From contig JACVCJ010000005.1 in the NCBI GenBank assembly GCA_016742095.1, positions 3,335-67,334 of the forward strand: DNA of 64,000 nt, read 5' to 3'. The notes under the pieces were generated by a model. The model ran no database searches, had not been told where the DNA came from, and saw nothing but the letters and a program-made list of their open reading frames with translations. The first letter of the stretch is position 1. Each line of letters begins with the position of its first letter. Below are positions 30,122 to 40,854 of the stretch, piece after piece. A program made the position numbers and the translations under genes. Origin of the DNA: Bacteroidia bacterium. GTDB lineage: Bacteria > Bacteroidota > Bacteroidia > CAIKAF01.

Positions 30122-32578
30122 TTACTGCGTATCCACGTCCACATCGATGCGGAAGTTGCGTATCCCGCTTTCCGTCTGCAGGCGGTTCACCAGCCGGGCC
30201 AGCACTTCCTTGGCCCGGGCCTGGCTTTCTTCGTTGCTTATTTTCAGGTAGATATGTCGTATGTGCAGGTTGCGTACGCGGGCAATGTGCGGACTTTCCG
30301 GGCCCAGTACCCGGTTGCCGAAAACGGGGCCCATCAGAGCGGCCAGGTTACCGGCCAGGGATTGTACGGTGGCTTCGTCCTTGTGTCGTAAAACGATACG
30401 CATAATGCGGTAAAAAGGCGGGTAATGCAGGCTGCGACGCTCTTCCAGTTCGTGCTTATAAAAGCCGGTGTAGTCGTGTGCCAGCACAAACTGTAAAATG
30501 GCGTTCTCAGGTTGTGCCGTCTGTATGATCACTCTGCCGGGTTTCTCACGCCGTCCTGCCCTTCCTGCCACCTGGGTAAGCAGCTGAAAGGCGCGTTCGT
30601 TGGAGCGGAAATCCGGGAAATGCAGGAGGGAATCGGCATTCAGCACGCCCACCAGTCCCACATGATCAAAATCTAAGCCCTTGGTGATCATCTGGGTACC
30701 CACCAGTATATTGATCTCGCGCGCCTCAAAGGCCGCCAGTATCTGGTGATAGGCATTTTTGCGCGTGGCCACGTCCCAGTCCAGGCGGGCAATGCGTGCG
30801 TCGGGCAGGAAGATCTGCAACTCGTCTTCCACCTTCTCCGTACCAAAACCTTTCAGGGTGATCTTCGGACTTTTACAGGCCGGACACTGGGTAAGCAGGG
30901 GAGTCATGTACCCGCATAAATGGCACTTGAGTTCATTTTTACTTTTGTGGTAGGTAAGGGCCACGTCGCAATGCGGACAGTAAGGCACATTACCGCAGTC
31001 TTCACATTCCATCCGGGCAGAAAACCCCCTACGGTTCTGAAAGAGAATGACCTGCTCCTTATTTTTTAGCCTTTCCTTAATATTTTCCAGTAAGTTTTTG
31101 GAAAACAGGGAGTACATCTCTTTTTTTCGCTGTGCCTCCCGGATGTTTTCCAGCACGATCTCGGGTAACTGCACCCGGCTGTAGCGTTCTTTCAGTTCTA
31201 CGAGGCGGTATTTGCCGTTCTGCGTGTTGTAGTAACTTTCCAGTGAAGGCGTGGCAGAGCCCAGTATCACCTGAGCCTGGTAACGGGCTGCCAGTACCAG
31301 GGCAAAATCGCGGGCCTGGTAACGCGGCGCGGGGTCCTGCTGTTTATAACTGGCGTCGTGTTCCTCGTCCACGATGATAAGTCCCAGGTCATGATAGGGC
31401 AGGAACAGCGCGGAACGGGCCCCGAGTACGATCTTGTAGCTGCCGTTCTGCAGGAAATTGTTCCAGACCTCTACGCGTTCGTTCTGTCCGAAGCGGCTGT
31501 GGTAAACGGCCACCTGCCCCGGGAAATGCTCTTTTACCCGCTCGATGAGGTGCATGGTGAGTGCAATTTCGGGCAGCAGGTACAATACCTGTTTGCCTTC
31601 GGCCAGGGCTTTTTCGATCAGGCGGATGTAGATCTCGGTCTTGCCGCTGCCGGTTACGCCCTGCAGCAGTACGGGCTTGTTCTCCGCGAACCCTTTTTCT
31701 GTTTCTGCCAGGGCCTGTGCCTGTGCGGCGGAGAGTTCCGGCTTTTCGCGCCTGTCTTTGCTACCGAATTTCAGGCGACTTTCCTGTTGCAGGGTTTCGG
31801 TAAATATTTCTTTTTTTACCAGGGCTTTCAGCGCGGCAGAAGCGCCATCCACGGCCGAAAGTAACACGGTGGCGTTCACTTTTCCGGGTCCGCCGGTATA
31901 ATAACCGCTGTGGTGCAGGAAGGCCAGGAGCACGTCCGACTGTTTTTTGGCGCGGCCAAGTCCGTCCATGACCTCCCGGAGCCGCGTATCGTTTTGCATA
32001 TCAGGATGCAATTCAATGATACGTACTTGTTTCGGCTTGTATCGTTTTTCAATCTCCTGCCGGTCTTCCACCCAGCCCCGCTCGATCAGTTTTTTAAAGA
32101 CGCGTACCACCGATTTGCGCTGCAGGATCTTCTGCCCGTCTTCCAGGGTAATTTCGCCGTTGTTCTGCATAGCTTCCAGCAGCAGGTATTCGTCGTCGTC
32201 CAGTTCGGCCTCCGGAATTTCGTCTACCGAAAGGGCGTAGTGCGTTTCGCTCTCCAGCTTGAGTCCCGCAGGCAGGGCGGCTTTCATGATCTCGCCCATC
32301 GTACACAGGTAATAGCGCGCCATAATTTCCCAGAACTGCAGCTGTTGCGGTTGTACAATGGGCTGCCGGTCCAGCAGGTCGTACAGGGCCTTTACTTTAA
32401 AACCCTGCGGCTCGCGGTCGTGCAGGCGCCAGATAATGCCTGTATACAAACGCGTACCCACGGGCACAATAACGCGCTGCCCGCATTCCGCCACAGGAGC
32501 GAATTCTTCGGGAACCCGGTACGTGAGCGTCTGCGGCAGGGCCAGGGGCACTATGATATCGGCAAAAAGATCGGCCAT
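30122..32578 (-). CDS. priA: Primosomal protein N' (replication restart helicase)
   Basis: GVTGSGKTE, DEEHD, GSATPS, NRRGF, four CxxC zinc motifs, QVAGRAGR. Confidence 0.98.
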   Translation of the reverse strand: MADLFADIIVPLALPQTLTYRVPEEFAPVAECGQRVIVPVGTRLYTGIIWRLHDREPQGFKVKALYDLLDRQPIVQPQQLQFWEIMARYYLCTMGEIMKAALPAGLKLESETHYALSVDEIPEAELDDDEYLLLEAMQNNGEITLEDGQKILQRKSVVRVFKKLIERGWVEDRQEIEKRYKPKQVRIIELHPDMQNDTRLREVMDGLGRAKKQSDVLLAFLHHSGYYTGGPGKVNATVLLSAVDGASAALKALVKKEIFTETLQQESRLKFGSKDRREKPELSAAQAQALAETEKGFAENKPVLLQGVTGSGKTEIYIRLIEKALAEGKQVLYLLPEIALTMHLIERVKEHFPGQVAVYHSRFGQNERVEVWNNFLQNGSYKIVLGARSALFLPYHDLGLIIVDEEHDASYKQQDPAPRYQARDFALVLAARYQAQVILGSATPSLESYYNTQNGKYRLVELKERYSRVQLPEIVLENIREAQRKKEMYSLFSKNLLENIKERLKNKEQVILFQNRRGFSARMECEDCGNVPYCPHCDVALTYHKSKNELKCHLCGYMTPLLTQCPACKSPKITLKGFGTEKVEDELQIFLPDARIARLDWDVATRKNAYHQILAAFEAREINILVGTQMITKGLDFDHVGLVGVLNADSLLHFPDFRSNERAFQLLTQVAGRAGRREKPGRVIIQTAQPENAILQFVLAHDYTGFYKHELEERRSLHYPPFYRIMRIVLRHKDEATVQSLAGNLAALMGPVFGNRVLGPESPHIARVRNLHIRHIYLKISNEESQARAKEVLARLVNRLQTESGIRNFRIDVDVDTQ

Positions 32579-32711
32579 TCGGGTACAAACCTACGCTTTT
32601 ACAGGCTTTAATTGAAATTTAACGTTTCCCGCAGCCGGCGGCATTAACGGGCAGAATGCCCCCTTTCGTCCGGCCCTACATTGTCCCCGTCGATTGTGTG
32701 CCCGTCCGCCC

Positions 32712-32741
32712 TTTGCGGCTATGCCAAAAACGCTATCTTTG
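32712..32741 (+). promoter_or_regulatory. Promoter of the rseP operon
   Basis: TTTG at 32712-32715 and TATCTTTG at 32734-32741. Confidence 0.65.
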
Positions 32742-32772
32742 TGCGTTTATAAAAAAATAGCATACAAAAAGC

Positions 32773-34110
32773 ATGAACTGGTTACAACTGTTTGTCAGCC
32801 TGTCGCTCCTCATCATCCTGCATGAAGGAGGTCACTTCCTGGCCGCCCGCATGTTCAAGACACGTGTAGAGAAATTTTATTTATTTTTTGATTTTTTATT
32901 CCCTCTTCCCAATGTACTGAACTTCTCTCTCTTTAAGTTTAAAAAAGGAGACACCGAATACGGTCTGGGCTGGTTCCCGCTGGGCGGATACGTAAAAATT
33001 GCCGGTATGGCCGACGAAAGCCAGGACAAGGACGCACTTGCCGGTCCGCCGCAACCCTGGGAATTCCGCAGTAAAAAAGCCTGGCAGCGCCTCATCATCA
33101 TCCTGGGCGGTATTATCGTGAATATCATTACCGGTATACTTATTTTCTGGGGCGTTAAATTCACTTATGGCGATAAATACGTACCCCTGCAGCAGGTAAC
33201 CGTGCACGTGATGGATTCCAGCCTGGTAAAGGCCGGCATGCAGAATGGTGATAAGATCCTGGGCTTTACCTCTTTTGAAGACCTGAACCGTGCCCTGCTC
33301 TACGGGGACGTAAGCACGCTGGAAGTAGAGCGTAATAACGAGAAAAAGGTAATTACCCTGCCCGAAAATATGGCAAAGGTATTTATCGAGAACCAGGGCG
33401 CCCTGCTGATGCCCCGTGTTCCCTTTATCATAAGCGGGGTTGCCGATAATTCGCCGAATAAAGATATAGCGTTTAAACCCGGCGATAAGATCGTTAAGAT
33501 CGACGGTACGGACATACAGTACGTAGACCAGTTCGCGCCCATCGGTCAGGCTAAAAAGAACCAGGAAGTGACCGCCCTGATCGAGAACGAAGGCCAGACC
33601 CGCGAGGTAAAACTGAAAGTGGGCGAAGACGGTAAACTGGGCATCGGGTATCTTACCCGCCTCAAAGACCTGAAAAAACTGGGCTACCTGCCGCTGGAAA
33701 CCACGCACTATGGCTTTTTTGAAGCGCTGCCCGTAGGCATTAATGCTTCGGTGAACACCATTGTGGACTATGCACGGCAGTTCAAACTGATCTTTAAACC
33801 CTCTACCGGGGCCTACAAAGAAGTGGGCGGATTCATCGGCATGTCCAAAATGTTCCCGGAAACGTTCAGCTGGGAAGGTTTCTGGCTGATGACCGGCATC
33901 CTGAGCCTGATCCTGGCCTTTATGAACTTTCTGCCGATACCCATGCTCGACGGCGGGTACATGATCTTTATCCTCTGGGAAATGATCACCGGTAAAGAGC
34001 CGAACGAAAAATTCATGAACATCGCCAATAACATCGGCTTCTTTATCCTGATCGGCCTCATGTTGTACGCGAACGGAAACGATATTATAAAACTATTCAC
34101 AGGAAAATAA
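32773..34110 (+). CDS. rseP: RIP metalloprotease RseP
   Basis: HEGGH, PLGGYVKIAGM, PDZ-like region, NFLPIPMLDGG. Confidence 0.95.
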   Translation: MNWLQLFVSLSLLIILHEGGHFLAARMFKTRVEKFYLFFDFLFPLPNVLNFSLFKFKKGDTEYGLGWFPLGGYVKIAGMADESQDKDALAGPPQPWEFRSKKAWQRLIIILGGIIVNIITGILIFWGVKFTYGDKYVPLQQVTVHVMDSSLVKAGMQNGDKILGFTSFEDLNRALLYGDVSTLEVERNNEKKVITLPENMAKVFIENQGALLMPRVPFIISGVADNSPNKDIAFKPGDKIVKIDGTDIQYVDQFAPIGQAKKNQEVTALIENEGQTREVKLKVGEDGKLGIGYLTRLKDLKKLGYLPLETTHYGFFEALPVGINASVNTIVDYARQFKLIFKPSTGAYKEVGGFIGMSKMFPETFSWEGFWLMTGILSLILAFMNFLPIPMLDGGYMIFILWEMITGKEPNEKFMNIANNIGFFILIGLMLYANGNDIIKLFTGK

Positions 34111-34115
34111 AAGAT

Positions 34116-35648
34116 ATGAAAACGATAGAGCAAGCATTGCAGGAACTGGGCATCCGCGAAGTGATGTCGGGGGTGAGTACAGGTGTGGAATTTTTACCTG
34201 CCGGGGGGGATGTGATCGAATCTTTTTCACCGGTTGACGGTAAGAAGATCGCCGGAGTAACGGCGGCAACGGAAGCAGATTACCAGAAAGTAATGACCAT
34301 AGCAGGCAATGCCTTCCTGGAATGGCGCAAGGTGCCGGCCCCGAAAAGAGGCGAGATCGTACGCCAGATGGCCGAAAAATTCCGCGAGCACAAAGAAGCC
34401 CTGGGTACCCTGGTATCCTACGAAATGGGCAAAAGCCTGCAGGAAGGTCTGGGCGAAGTACAGGAGATCATCGATATCTGTGATTTTGCCGTAGGTCTCA
34501 GCCGCCAGCTGTACGGACTTACCATGCACTCCGAGCGTCCGAACCACCGCATGTACGAGCAGTGGCACCCGATAGGCATCGTGGGTATCATCTCTTCGTT
34601 CAACTTCCCGGTGGCCGTTTGGAGCTGGAACTCCATGATCGCCTGGGTATGCGGCGACGTATGTATCTGGAAGCCTTCTTCCAAAACGCCGGTTTGCGCC
34701 GTAGCCATACAGAACATCATTTCAGACGTACTCAAAAACAATAACCTGCCCGAAGGGATCTCCTGCCTGGTGGCCGGTAATGCCATGGGCGACCTCATCA
34801 ATAACGACAAGCGCATTCCGCTGGTTTCCTTCACGGGTTCTACCCGCATCGGCCGTCACGTGGCACAGACCGTAGCCGGCCGTTTCGGGAACACCATCCT
34901 GGAACTGGGCGGCAACAATGCCATCATCGTAACCGAAAATGCCGATATGAACATGATGCTCATCGGTACGGTATTCGGTGCGGTAGGTACCGCCGGACAG
35001 CGTTGTACCACCACGCGCCGTCTCATTATCCAGGAGAACGTATACGAGCAGGTAAAAGAAAAACTGAAAAACGCCTACGCACAGCTGCATATCGGTAACC
35101 CGCTCGACCAGAACAATCATGTGGGTCCGCTCATCGACAAAGGCTCGGTGGACGCCTACCTGAAAGCCATCGAGAAAGCTAAGGCCGAAGGCGGCAAAGT
35201 GCTGGTAGAAGGCGGCGTGGTGGAAGGTGCCGGTTACGAAAGCGGTTGTTACGTAAAACCCTGCATCATCGAAGCAGAAAATCATTACGAAATTGTACAG
35301 GAAGAGACCTTTGCACCCATCCTGTACATCATGAGATACAAGACCATGGACGAGGCTATCGCTTTGCAGAACGGCGTTCCGCAGGGACTTTCCTCTTCGG
35401 TGTTCACCAACAACATGCGCGAAATGGAGCAGTTCCTCAGCGCAGCCGGTTCAGACTGCGGTATTGCCAATGTGAACATCGGTACCAGCGGTGCAGAGAT
35501 CGGCGGGGCCTTCGGCGGTGAAAAAGAGACCGGCGGCGGACGCGAAAGCGGTTCCGATGCCTGGAAAGCCTACATGCGCCGTCAGACCAACACCATCAAC
35601 TATGGCAACCAGCTGCCGCTGGCCCAGGGGATCAACTTTAACCTGTAA
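34116..35648 (+). CDS. Aldehyde dehydrogenase, ALDH7/AmaB-like (piperideine-6-carboxylate dehydrogenase)
   Basis: FNFPVAVW, FTGST, LELGGNNA, GTAGQRCTT, GAEIGGAFGGEKETGGGRESGSD. Confidence 0.9.
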   Translation: MKTIEQALQELGIREVMSGVSTGVEFLPAGGDVIESFSPVDGKKIAGVTAATEADYQKVMTIAGNAFLEWRKVPAPKRGEIVRQMAEKFREHKEALGTLVSYEMGKSLQEGLGEVQEIIDICDFAVGLSRQLYGLTMHSERPNHRMYEQWHPIGIVGIISSFNFPVAVWSWNSMIAWVCGDVCIWKPSSKTPVCAVAIQNIISDVLKNNNLPEGISCLVAGNAMGDLINNDKRIPLVSFTGSTRIGRHVAQTVAGRFGNTILELGGNNAIIVTENADMNMMLIGTVFGAVGTAGQRCTTTRRLIIQENVYEQVKEKLKNAYAQLHIGNPLDQNNHVGPLIDKGSVDAYLKAIEKAKAEGGKVLVEGGVVEGAGYESGCYVKPCIIEAENHYEIVQEETFAPILYIMRYKTMDEAIALQNGVPQGLSSSVFTNNMREMEQFLSAAGSDCGIANVNIGTSGAEIGGAFGGEKETGGGRESGSDAWKAYMRRQTNTINYGNQLPLAQGINFNL

Positions 35649-35708
35649 TTTACAGCGATACACGCCCGTTTTTAAGTAACCACACCGCCCTGTCCATACA
35701 CCACTGTT

Positions 35709-37910
35709 TTGAGAAAGTTACATGTAGTAAAAAAACTCATGTCGGCTGCATTCGTTATCCCGTTTGCAGCCGGCATTTTTGCCAGTGCCCAGAAAACCAC
35801 CGATTTTAACGATTACCACACACTGAAAAGTACGGGCGTAATGCCTGCCGTGATCGATAAGATCCGCACCCAGCGAGAAGAGTCGGACCGTAAAACGACG
35901 CAGAAGGACCAGGACGCCCGTTTAGAGGATAATTACAGACAGGCTTCGGCCTATTTCGTGGAAAACCTGCTGCTCAACGGACAGGTGATCTTCGGGGACG
36001 ATATTACGGCCTACTGCAACAGCATCGTGGACGAGCTGCTGAAGCACGATCCGCACCTGCGCTCGCGTATACACGTGTTCCACATCCGCTCTTCGGCCGT
36101 GAATGCGTTCGCGACCGGCGAAGGCGTTATTTGCGTTACCACCGGCATGATCGCCAAACTGAGTTCCGAAGCGGCCCTGGCCTATGTACTGGCCCACGAG
36201 ATCGCCCACGTGCAGGAAAAACACTCGCTGCAGGAGGCCGTGGAAAGCGCCAAACGCAGTACCCGCGGCAAGAATGAAGAACAGATCGAACTGGAATCGT
36301 CCATGTACTCCAAGGACCAGGAGCTGGAAGCCGACCGCATCGGCTGGGATATCTTCAAAAGATCGTCCTACGCTACCGAAGGGGTGGAAGAGATGCTCAA
36401 CATCCTGAAATACTCCGAAACGCCGGTGTACGAAACAAAGATGGAGCGCAGCTTTTTCAGTTACCCGGGTTTCCTGCTGCCGGAGGACTATTTCCCGACC
36501 AGCATTCCCAAACTGGCCGGGGAAGAAGATTACGAAAGCGATGAAAAAAGCACGCACCCCAACCTGGGCAGGCGCCGCGAACAGCTTACGCCCCTGCTGA
36601 AGGAACGTAGTTCCGGCGGGTATGAAAGCTATGTGCTGAGTAAAGAACGTTTTGACGAGATCGTGAAAATTGCCCGCTACGAACTGTGTATCCAGTACCT
36701 GAAAGACCAGGAATATGCCCGGGCCCTGTACCACGCGCACGCGCTCATGGCCGAAAATCCCGACAGCTATTTCCTGGAAAAGACCGTAACACAGGCCCTG
36801 CTGGGACTTACGGTATACGCCAATTCCGGCCGGCTCAGCAAGACCCTGCCCGATGAGGACGATATCCAGGGCGAGGAATACCGTACGGCCTTTATGCTCA
36901 ACAACCTCGAAAAGAACGAGCTGAACCTGCTGGCCCTGCACAATGCCTGGAACCTTTATAAAAGTTATCCCGGCAAGGAACACCCGCGCCTGATGAAAGA
37001 TGTACTGCTGGAACAACTGCTGAAGAACCATGCCGGTAAAAGCAATGTATACAGCCGCACGCCCAAAGATACGGCCATGGCTGGCGATCAGACGCAGTTC
37101 CTGTCAGATGCCGAAAAAAGATACGTGACCCGTAAGGAAAAACGCAAGGGGCCCAAGGGCGATCCGCTGCTGGCCAAATATGCGCTGGTGGAACTGTTTG
37201 CCGACGAGGACTTCAGTTCACAGTTCAGGCAGATGGAGCGTAAGATACAGACGGCCAAAACCGAAGGTGTGGACCGGGAAGAACTGGCGCGCATCCGCAG
37301 GCACGGACACGACGAAAAAGTGGTGATCGTAGACCCCTTCTACATGCTCATCGACGAGCGTAAGGAAGTAATGGTGCGCTACCGGGCCTCCAAAGAAAGA
37401 GAACAGAAGTTTGAACAATACATCGGGTCCGTTTCTAAAAAACTGGACCTGAAGACCGAAGTGATCGACGTGAGCGGGGTAAGCTCGGGCGACCCGGTGG
37501 ATTTCTATAACGATTTTGCCATCATTCAGCAGCGCCTCGACGAGGCCGAAGTGAACCGCGGCATGTCCATTCCGGCTACCGATTACGACGAAGTGGTGGG
37601 CCTGCAGCGCGAATACCGCACCAGTTATTTTGCCAAACTGCGCATGCTGAGCATTACCGAAAAACCTAAAGCCCGCGTGGGGGCCATTATTTACGGACTT
37701 ATCCTCTGGCCCATGCTGCCCGGAGCCATTTACAATTCGGTGCGTCCGCGCCATTACCTGGCCTATGAAGTGGCTGTTTTCGACATCGTGAACGGTAACA
37801 AATGTTCATCCCGCGAGGACACCCAGCGCAAGAACTCTTCCGAAGACTACATCAAGTCTGTACTGTACGATGTACTGTATTCCATCAAACACACCCATCT
37901 TCAGAAGTAA
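35709..37910 (+). CDS. M48 family metalloprotease with extended C-terminus
   Basis: VNAFA, LAHEIAH, QELEAD, STHP; start uncertain (TTG 35709 or ATG 35739). Confidence 0.85.
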   Translation: MRKLHVVKKLMSAAFVIPFAAGIFASAQKTTDFNDYHTLKSTGVMPAVIDKIRTQREESDRKTTQKDQDARLEDNYRQASAYFVENLLLNGQVIFGDDITAYCNSIVDELLKHDPHLRSRIHVFHIRSSAVNAFATGEGVICVTTGMIAKLSSEAALAYVLAHEIAHVQEKHSLQEAVESAKRSTRGKNEEQIELESSMYSKDQELEADRIGWDIFKRSSYATEGVEEMLNILKYSETPVYETKMERSFFSYPGFLLPEDYFPTSIPKLAGEEDYESDEKSTHPNLGRRREQLTPLLKERSSGGYESYVLSKERFDEIVKIARYELCIQYLKDQEYARALYHAHALMAENPDSYFLEKTVTQALLGLTVYANSGRLSKTLPDEDDIQGEEYRTAFMLNNLEKNELNLLALHNAWNLYKSYPGKEHPRLMKDVLLEQLLKNHAGKSNVYSRTPKDTAMAGDQTQFLSDAEKRYVTRKEKRKGPKGDPLLAKYALVELFADEDFSSQFRQMERKIQTAKTEGVDREELARIRRHGHDEKVVIVDPFYMLIDERKEVMVRYRASKEREQKFEQYIGSVSKKLDLKTEVIDVSGVSSGDPVDFYNDFAIIQQRLDEAEVNRGMSIPATDYDEVVGLQREYRTSYFAKLRMLSITEKPKARVGAIIYGLILWPMLPGAIYNSVRPRHYLAYEVAVFDIVNGNKCSSREDTQRKNSSEDYIKSVLYDVLYSIKHTHLQK

Positions 37911-37927
37911 CCCGACACCGCATTTTT

Positions 37928-38662
37928 ATGAAAAAACAGATCTTTCTTCTCTATATTCTTATCCTGCTTTCCGCCGGTACTGCTGCCGCGCAGAACGTAG
38001 GCTACATGGGCCGGCACGTAATTCTGCATGCCGATTACCATGGTTTCTTTTCCTTTCTGAAGTACAACCCGCGTACCGATTCCCGCCCCTTTGGCTGGAA
38101 CAGCCGCCTGGCCGTTGGCCTGGAAGGCGCCGTAAGCCGCCGCATAGCATTGGTGGCCGATTATAACTATTTCTCACGCACGTTCACTTACCGTGCAGGC
38201 TCCTCCCTGGGCTCCAATCCTTACGGAAAAGGCATTGTAAAAGGGCATGGCGTGGAACTGGCCGTGAAGATCTTTTACGGCGATCATATTGCGCCCCTGG
38301 GCCCTTACCAGCGCCTGGGTGTGGCTCTGCACATGATCAACGGTTCTTTCCGCTCGCTGAACAAGGCAACTACCTATGCCAATACCGGTACCATCATTCT
38401 GCCGGTGTTTACGTACGGGGTTGGTTTTCAGCGCATTTTTAAGGACCGCCTGGTGTTCAATGCCGGTATGCAGATCGGTATTCCCTTTTCGCTGGTGGCT
38501 TTCGGCGATGAGTTCATCGATGCCACTTTCAGCGACGGTTCTACCGTGTATACGCCCGGCTCCGGCCAGCCCGATCAGCAGAACCGCGATTTTGTAAAGG
38601 CCCAGGCCGCCAAACATCTTTTTTACAACGTAAATGTAGGATTAGGCGTACTTTTGTTCTGA
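37928..38662 (+). CDS. Putative outer-membrane beta-barrel protein
   Basis: Signal peptide, GYMG start of the mature part, IAPLG, C-terminal VNVGLGVLLF strand. Confidence 0.65.
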   Translation: MKKQIFLLYILILLSAGTAAAQNVGYMGRHVILHADYHGFFSFLKYNPRTDSRPFGWNSRLAVGLEGAVSRRIALVADYNYFSRTFTYRAGSSLGSNPYGKGIVKGHGVELAVKIFYGDHIAPLGPYQRLGVALHMINGSFRSLNKATTYANTGTIILPVFTYGVGFQRIFKDRLVFNAGMQIGIPFSLVAFGDEFIDATFSDGSTVYTPGSGQPDQQNRDFVKAQAAKHLFYNVNVGLGVLLF

Positions 38663-39792
38663 TGAAGACAAAAGCGGGCATTTATGTACATATTCCCTTC
38701 TGTAAGCAGGCCTGCTCATACTGTGACTTTCATTTTTCCACTTCGCTGAAGACGGCGGAAGCCGTAACGGAGGCAATACTGCGCGAAATACAGCAGCAAC
38801 CGTATTTTGAAGGCAATCCGGGCATACAGAGCCTGTATTTCGGTGGTGGTACGCCCAGTATCCTGCCCATGCGGCAGCTGGGACCCATCGTAAACGCCCT
38901 GGAAAAAAAATTCGGCTTTGCAGACCTGCGCGAGTTCACCCTGGAGGCCAACCCGGACGATATTTCGGGAGCGAATCTTTCTTTGTGGAGATCGCTGGGC
39001 GTCAATCGTTTTTCCATCGGGGTGCAATCCTTTTTTGAGCGTGACCTGCGTTACATGAACCGTTCGCACAGTGCCGGCGAAGCGGCAGACTGCATAAAAC
39101 GCGCCCAGGACACCGGTTTCAGTAACCTGAGCATCGATCTTATCTACGGCACACCCGGCCTCAGCGACACAGAATGGCTGCAGAACCTGGAATATGCCGC
39201 CGCCCTGCAGGTGCCGCATCTGTCTACCTATGCGCTTACCGTAGAGGAAAACACGCCGCTCTGGGCACATATCCGCAAAGGGCGCCAGGCCGAACCGCGG
39301 GAAGAAAGCTACGAGCGCCAGTTTGCTATCCTGCAGAACTTCCTGGACAGCCGGGGTTACGAGGCCTATGAGATCAGTAACAGCGCCCTGCCGGGGCACC
39401 GTGCCCTGCACAACAGCGCCTACTGGTACGGTTTGCCCTATTATGGATTCGGGCCTTCGGCGCACGGTTTCGACGGTGGCCGTACCCGTTATTCAAACAT
39501 CGCGCACAATGTAAAATATGCCCGTTTCGGCAGCCTGGACGAGATCCGCAGTTCCGAGGACCTGACGGAGACCGAACAGATGAACGAGTTCATACTCACC
39601 CGCCTGCGCCTCCTGGAAGGCTTTCGCATAGCCGAGTTCCGCGAACGCTTCGGGCCGGAACATACCGAAACCTTACTGCAAAAAATAACCACTCCCGCGG
39701 GGGAGTGGTTTATACATGACGTGGGATCGGTACGGCTGGATAAACCTTACCGTATCCTTGCAGACGGAATTTCCGCCCGCCTGTTCTTTTAG
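38662..39792 (+). CDS. hemW: Radical SAM heme chaperone HemW
   Basis: YVHIPFCKQACSYCDF, FGGGTPS, YEISN, HNSAYW. Confidence 0.92.
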   Translation: MKTKAGIYVHIPFCKQACSYCDFHFSTSLKTAEAVTEAILREIQQQPYFEGNPGIQSLYFGGGTPSILPMRQLGPIVNALEKKFGFADLREFTLEANPDDISGANLSLWRSLGVNRFSIGVQSFFERDLRYMNRSHSAGEAADCIKRAQDTGFSNLSIDLIYGTPGLSDTEWLQNLEYAAALQVPHLSTYALTVEENTPLWAHIRKGRQAEPREESYERQFAILQNFLDSRGYEAYEISNSALPGHRALHNSAYWYGLPYYGFGPSAHGFDGGRTRYSNIAHNVKYARFGSLDEIRSSEDLTETEQMNEFILTRLRLLEGFRIAEFRERFGPEHTETLLQKITTPAGEWFIHDVGSVRLDKPYRILADGISARLFF

Positions 39793-39794
39793 TA

Positions 39795-40223
39795 TTACCT
39801 GGCCAGGGCCAGGGCTTTTTTACCTTCCTCAATGAGGCTGGCTGCCGGTATATAACCCAGGGACACGTGTACCTGTTTGCCGTCCTTGTCTATGAACAGC
39901 AGGGTAGGATAGGCGCGAACGCCGTATTTCTGGGCCAGTCCGGGGCCTTCGCCCTTTTCCATATCCATTTTAACATTGATGAAGTTTTTGTTAAAATATT
40001 CACCAACGGCTTTGTCTTTAAAGGTGGTATTGCTGAGCGCCTTACAGGGGCCGCACCATACCGTATAGGCATCCATAAAGATAAGTTTCTTTTTGGAGGC
40101 CGCTTCTTTCTTGGCTTCCTCGAAAGAGCCGGTGAAGAAGGTGATGCCTTCGGAGTCAGCGGTTTGGGCATTCAATCCGATCCCCGAAGCGATAAAAAGA
40201 AATACAAAGAGTATTTTTTTCAT
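39795..40223 (-). CDS. Exported thioredoxin-family protein
   Basis: Signal peptide, WCGPCK, AYPTLLF. Confidence 0.88.
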   Translation of the reverse strand: MKKILFVFLFIASGIGLNAQTADSEGITFFTGSFEEAKKEAASKKKLIFMDAYTVWCGPCKALSNTTFKDKAVGEYFNKNFINVKMDMEKGEGPGLAQKYGVRAYPTLLFIDKDGKQVHVSLGYIPAASLIEEGKKALALAR

Positions 40224-40399
40224 GTGTGTATTTTTCATAATAAGATGTCCTTCTATAAACGTACCATTGTGCATAAAGGTAAACAAATTTGCAAAAATTT
40301 AACCCTTTTTGACGCGGAAGGGAAGCCCGAAAATCTGTTGTACCTGTTGCATGGCCCGTATTTAGGCGTATATTAGTGTACCTGTAATAAACAATAGAC

Positions 40400-40825
40400 A
40401 TGAACCAGAGCAGAAGAAATTTCCTGAGTGCGGCCTGTACGCTGTGTGCGGCCGCTGTACTTGCCCCGGCGGCGCTGGCGGCGGTAAATGAAGAGGACGA
40501 TGACAAAAAACCAAAGCTGAAGGTAGAAGACGGTAAGGTACTGATCCCGGCCGCCCTGATCGCGGAAAAGCTGAATTCATTCAAGGTAAAGGGATTACCG
40601 CGGCCCCTGCTGCTGATCAAAAATCCCGATGCGTACGATGCCTACCTGCTTAAATGTACGCACATGGGCGTAGCCGTGAAGATCGACGGCGACGAACTGG
40701 CCTGTCCGGCGCACGGCAGCCGCTTCAACCTGCAGGGCGGCGTTATAAAAGGGCCTGCAAAAGAGCCGCTTACCCGCTATAAAGTAAATGTCGTTACAGA
40801 TGGGGTAGAAGTGATTGTTGCGTAG
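40400..40825 (+). CDS. Tat-exported Rieske [2Fe-2S] protein
   Basis: SRRNFL twin-arginine motif; CTHMG and CPAHGSRF ligands. Confidence 0.9.
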   Translation: MNQSRRNFLSAACTLCAAAVLAPAALAAVNEEDDDKKPKLKVEDGKVLIPAALIAEKLNSFKVKGLPRPLLLIKNPDAYDAYLLKCTHMGVAVKIDGDELACPAHGSRFNLQGGVIKGPAKEPLTRYKVNVVTDGVEVIVA

Positions 40826-40854
40826 TATTCGCATCTATTGCCTACCTTTGCAGC

